Part shown: positions 63,165 through 64,000 of the stretch, one piece after another | How positions within the stretch are numbered: position 1 is the first letter of the stretch | How the letters are laid out: every line of letters starts with the position of its first letter | DNA from: Octopus sinensis | Taxonomy: Eukaryota | NCBI RefSeq assembly: GCF_006345805.1 | Contig: NC_043014.1 | Span: 37,572,001-37,636,000, forward strand | DNA: 64,000 bases | Direction: 5' to 3' | The notes under the pieces: generated by a model | The model's input: the letters and a program-made list of their open reading frames with translations, nothing else | Told to the model about the DNA's origin: nothing | Databases searched by the model: none | Program-made: the position numbers and the translations under genes

Positions 63165-64000
63165 TAAGATGGTAGCTAAAAGCAGCACGCTTCACCTTTC
63201 CTGTAAATAGCATTTATTGTTGAAGTCTTTTCTCTTTGCCTGCCGAAAGCTTGAACTACATAAAGAACAAGAAAAAGTGATGAAGCTGATATTCCTCAGA
63301 TATCATAAACCTTGCCTTCCATTCCTAAACTCCCATACATGTTGGTGTGTGTGTGTTTTTATGTCCCCATAACTTAGCAGGGATCTTTTCGGTTTGACTG
63401 GCAGTTTTTTAAAATAATTTCCATGTAACTAAACACTTTTAAACTTCGTATACTGGTAGAATGTGTTTATAAAACATCTTTTTCTCTTGGCTTTATTGAG
63501 AAAATTCTATAGTTTGTAAGATATTTGTTGTTTTTTTTCCTTCAATTTCTGCAATTTCAACCAATCACTGACGTCTATTGAGGTAAAAACCATTCTGTGC
63601 CGTATGAATATGTCCCTCGTTTCAAAGTAGATCTCCAGTACGGCCGCTGTCCAATGACAGAAACAAATAAAAGATATTTTAAAAAAACCCATCAGATAAG
63701 TATTTAAAAATATTCTCCGTCATGCCTGAATGTTTTTTGATTGTATTACAGAATCGTTAATGCTGACTTGCACATGTTGTCAGTCTTCGCAATAATTTTT
63801 GCCTGCTGAGTGAATTGGGGGAACGTGAAATAAAGTGACTTGTTCAAGAATGCTGCGTACCTCCTGGACGGGTCGAATCCACAACCTAATGATCGAGAGC
63901 CAGCCCAATTGCCTAAGCATTGGGTCATGCACCTTTTCAAACAAGTTTTCAGTCTTACTGAAACGGCATCTTTGTATGAATATCAGGGATTTTAATGCTG

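Noticed and set aside
62531-63200. Minus-strand coding exon interrupted by the Merlin MITE
   Set aside because: All three frames hit stops after removing the MITE and one TSD

Overview
AT-rich, microsatellite-saturated eukaryotic DNA whose repeat content looks like an Octopus genome. It carries the 3' part of one spliced + strand gene. Twelve GT-AG exons (2467-57797) join in phase without stops into about 705 codons. The product resembles CCDC66 in the coiled-coil 'SHLRG...GHDT' block, 'AVQTD', 'FVPFTRT..LDP' and the C-terminal '[16 protein letters not shown]'. Introns are filled with tRNA-derived SINEs, LINE fragments (R4/Dong, CR1, RTE), a Penelope-like element, mariner/maT remnants, Helitrons, and Merlin-, piggyBac- and Tigger-type MITEs plus foldback palindromes. 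Main unexplained signals: (1) eight minimal type I hammerhead-ribozyme motifs on both strands, each with its own helices and (all but one) a palindromic helix III, one inside the GIY-YIG Penelope-like element; (2) a 35-bp hairpin monomer with compensatory changes, arranged as a 144-bp higher-order repeat just after the stop codon; (3) a tandemly duplicated symmetric exon; (4) a GIY-YIG domain whose GIY-to-YIG spacer is hugely expanded by Ser/Asn/Thr-rich sequence. About 0.8 kb is duplicated across the N gap, probably as an assembly artefact. All identifications are by eye and from memory; no searches were run.
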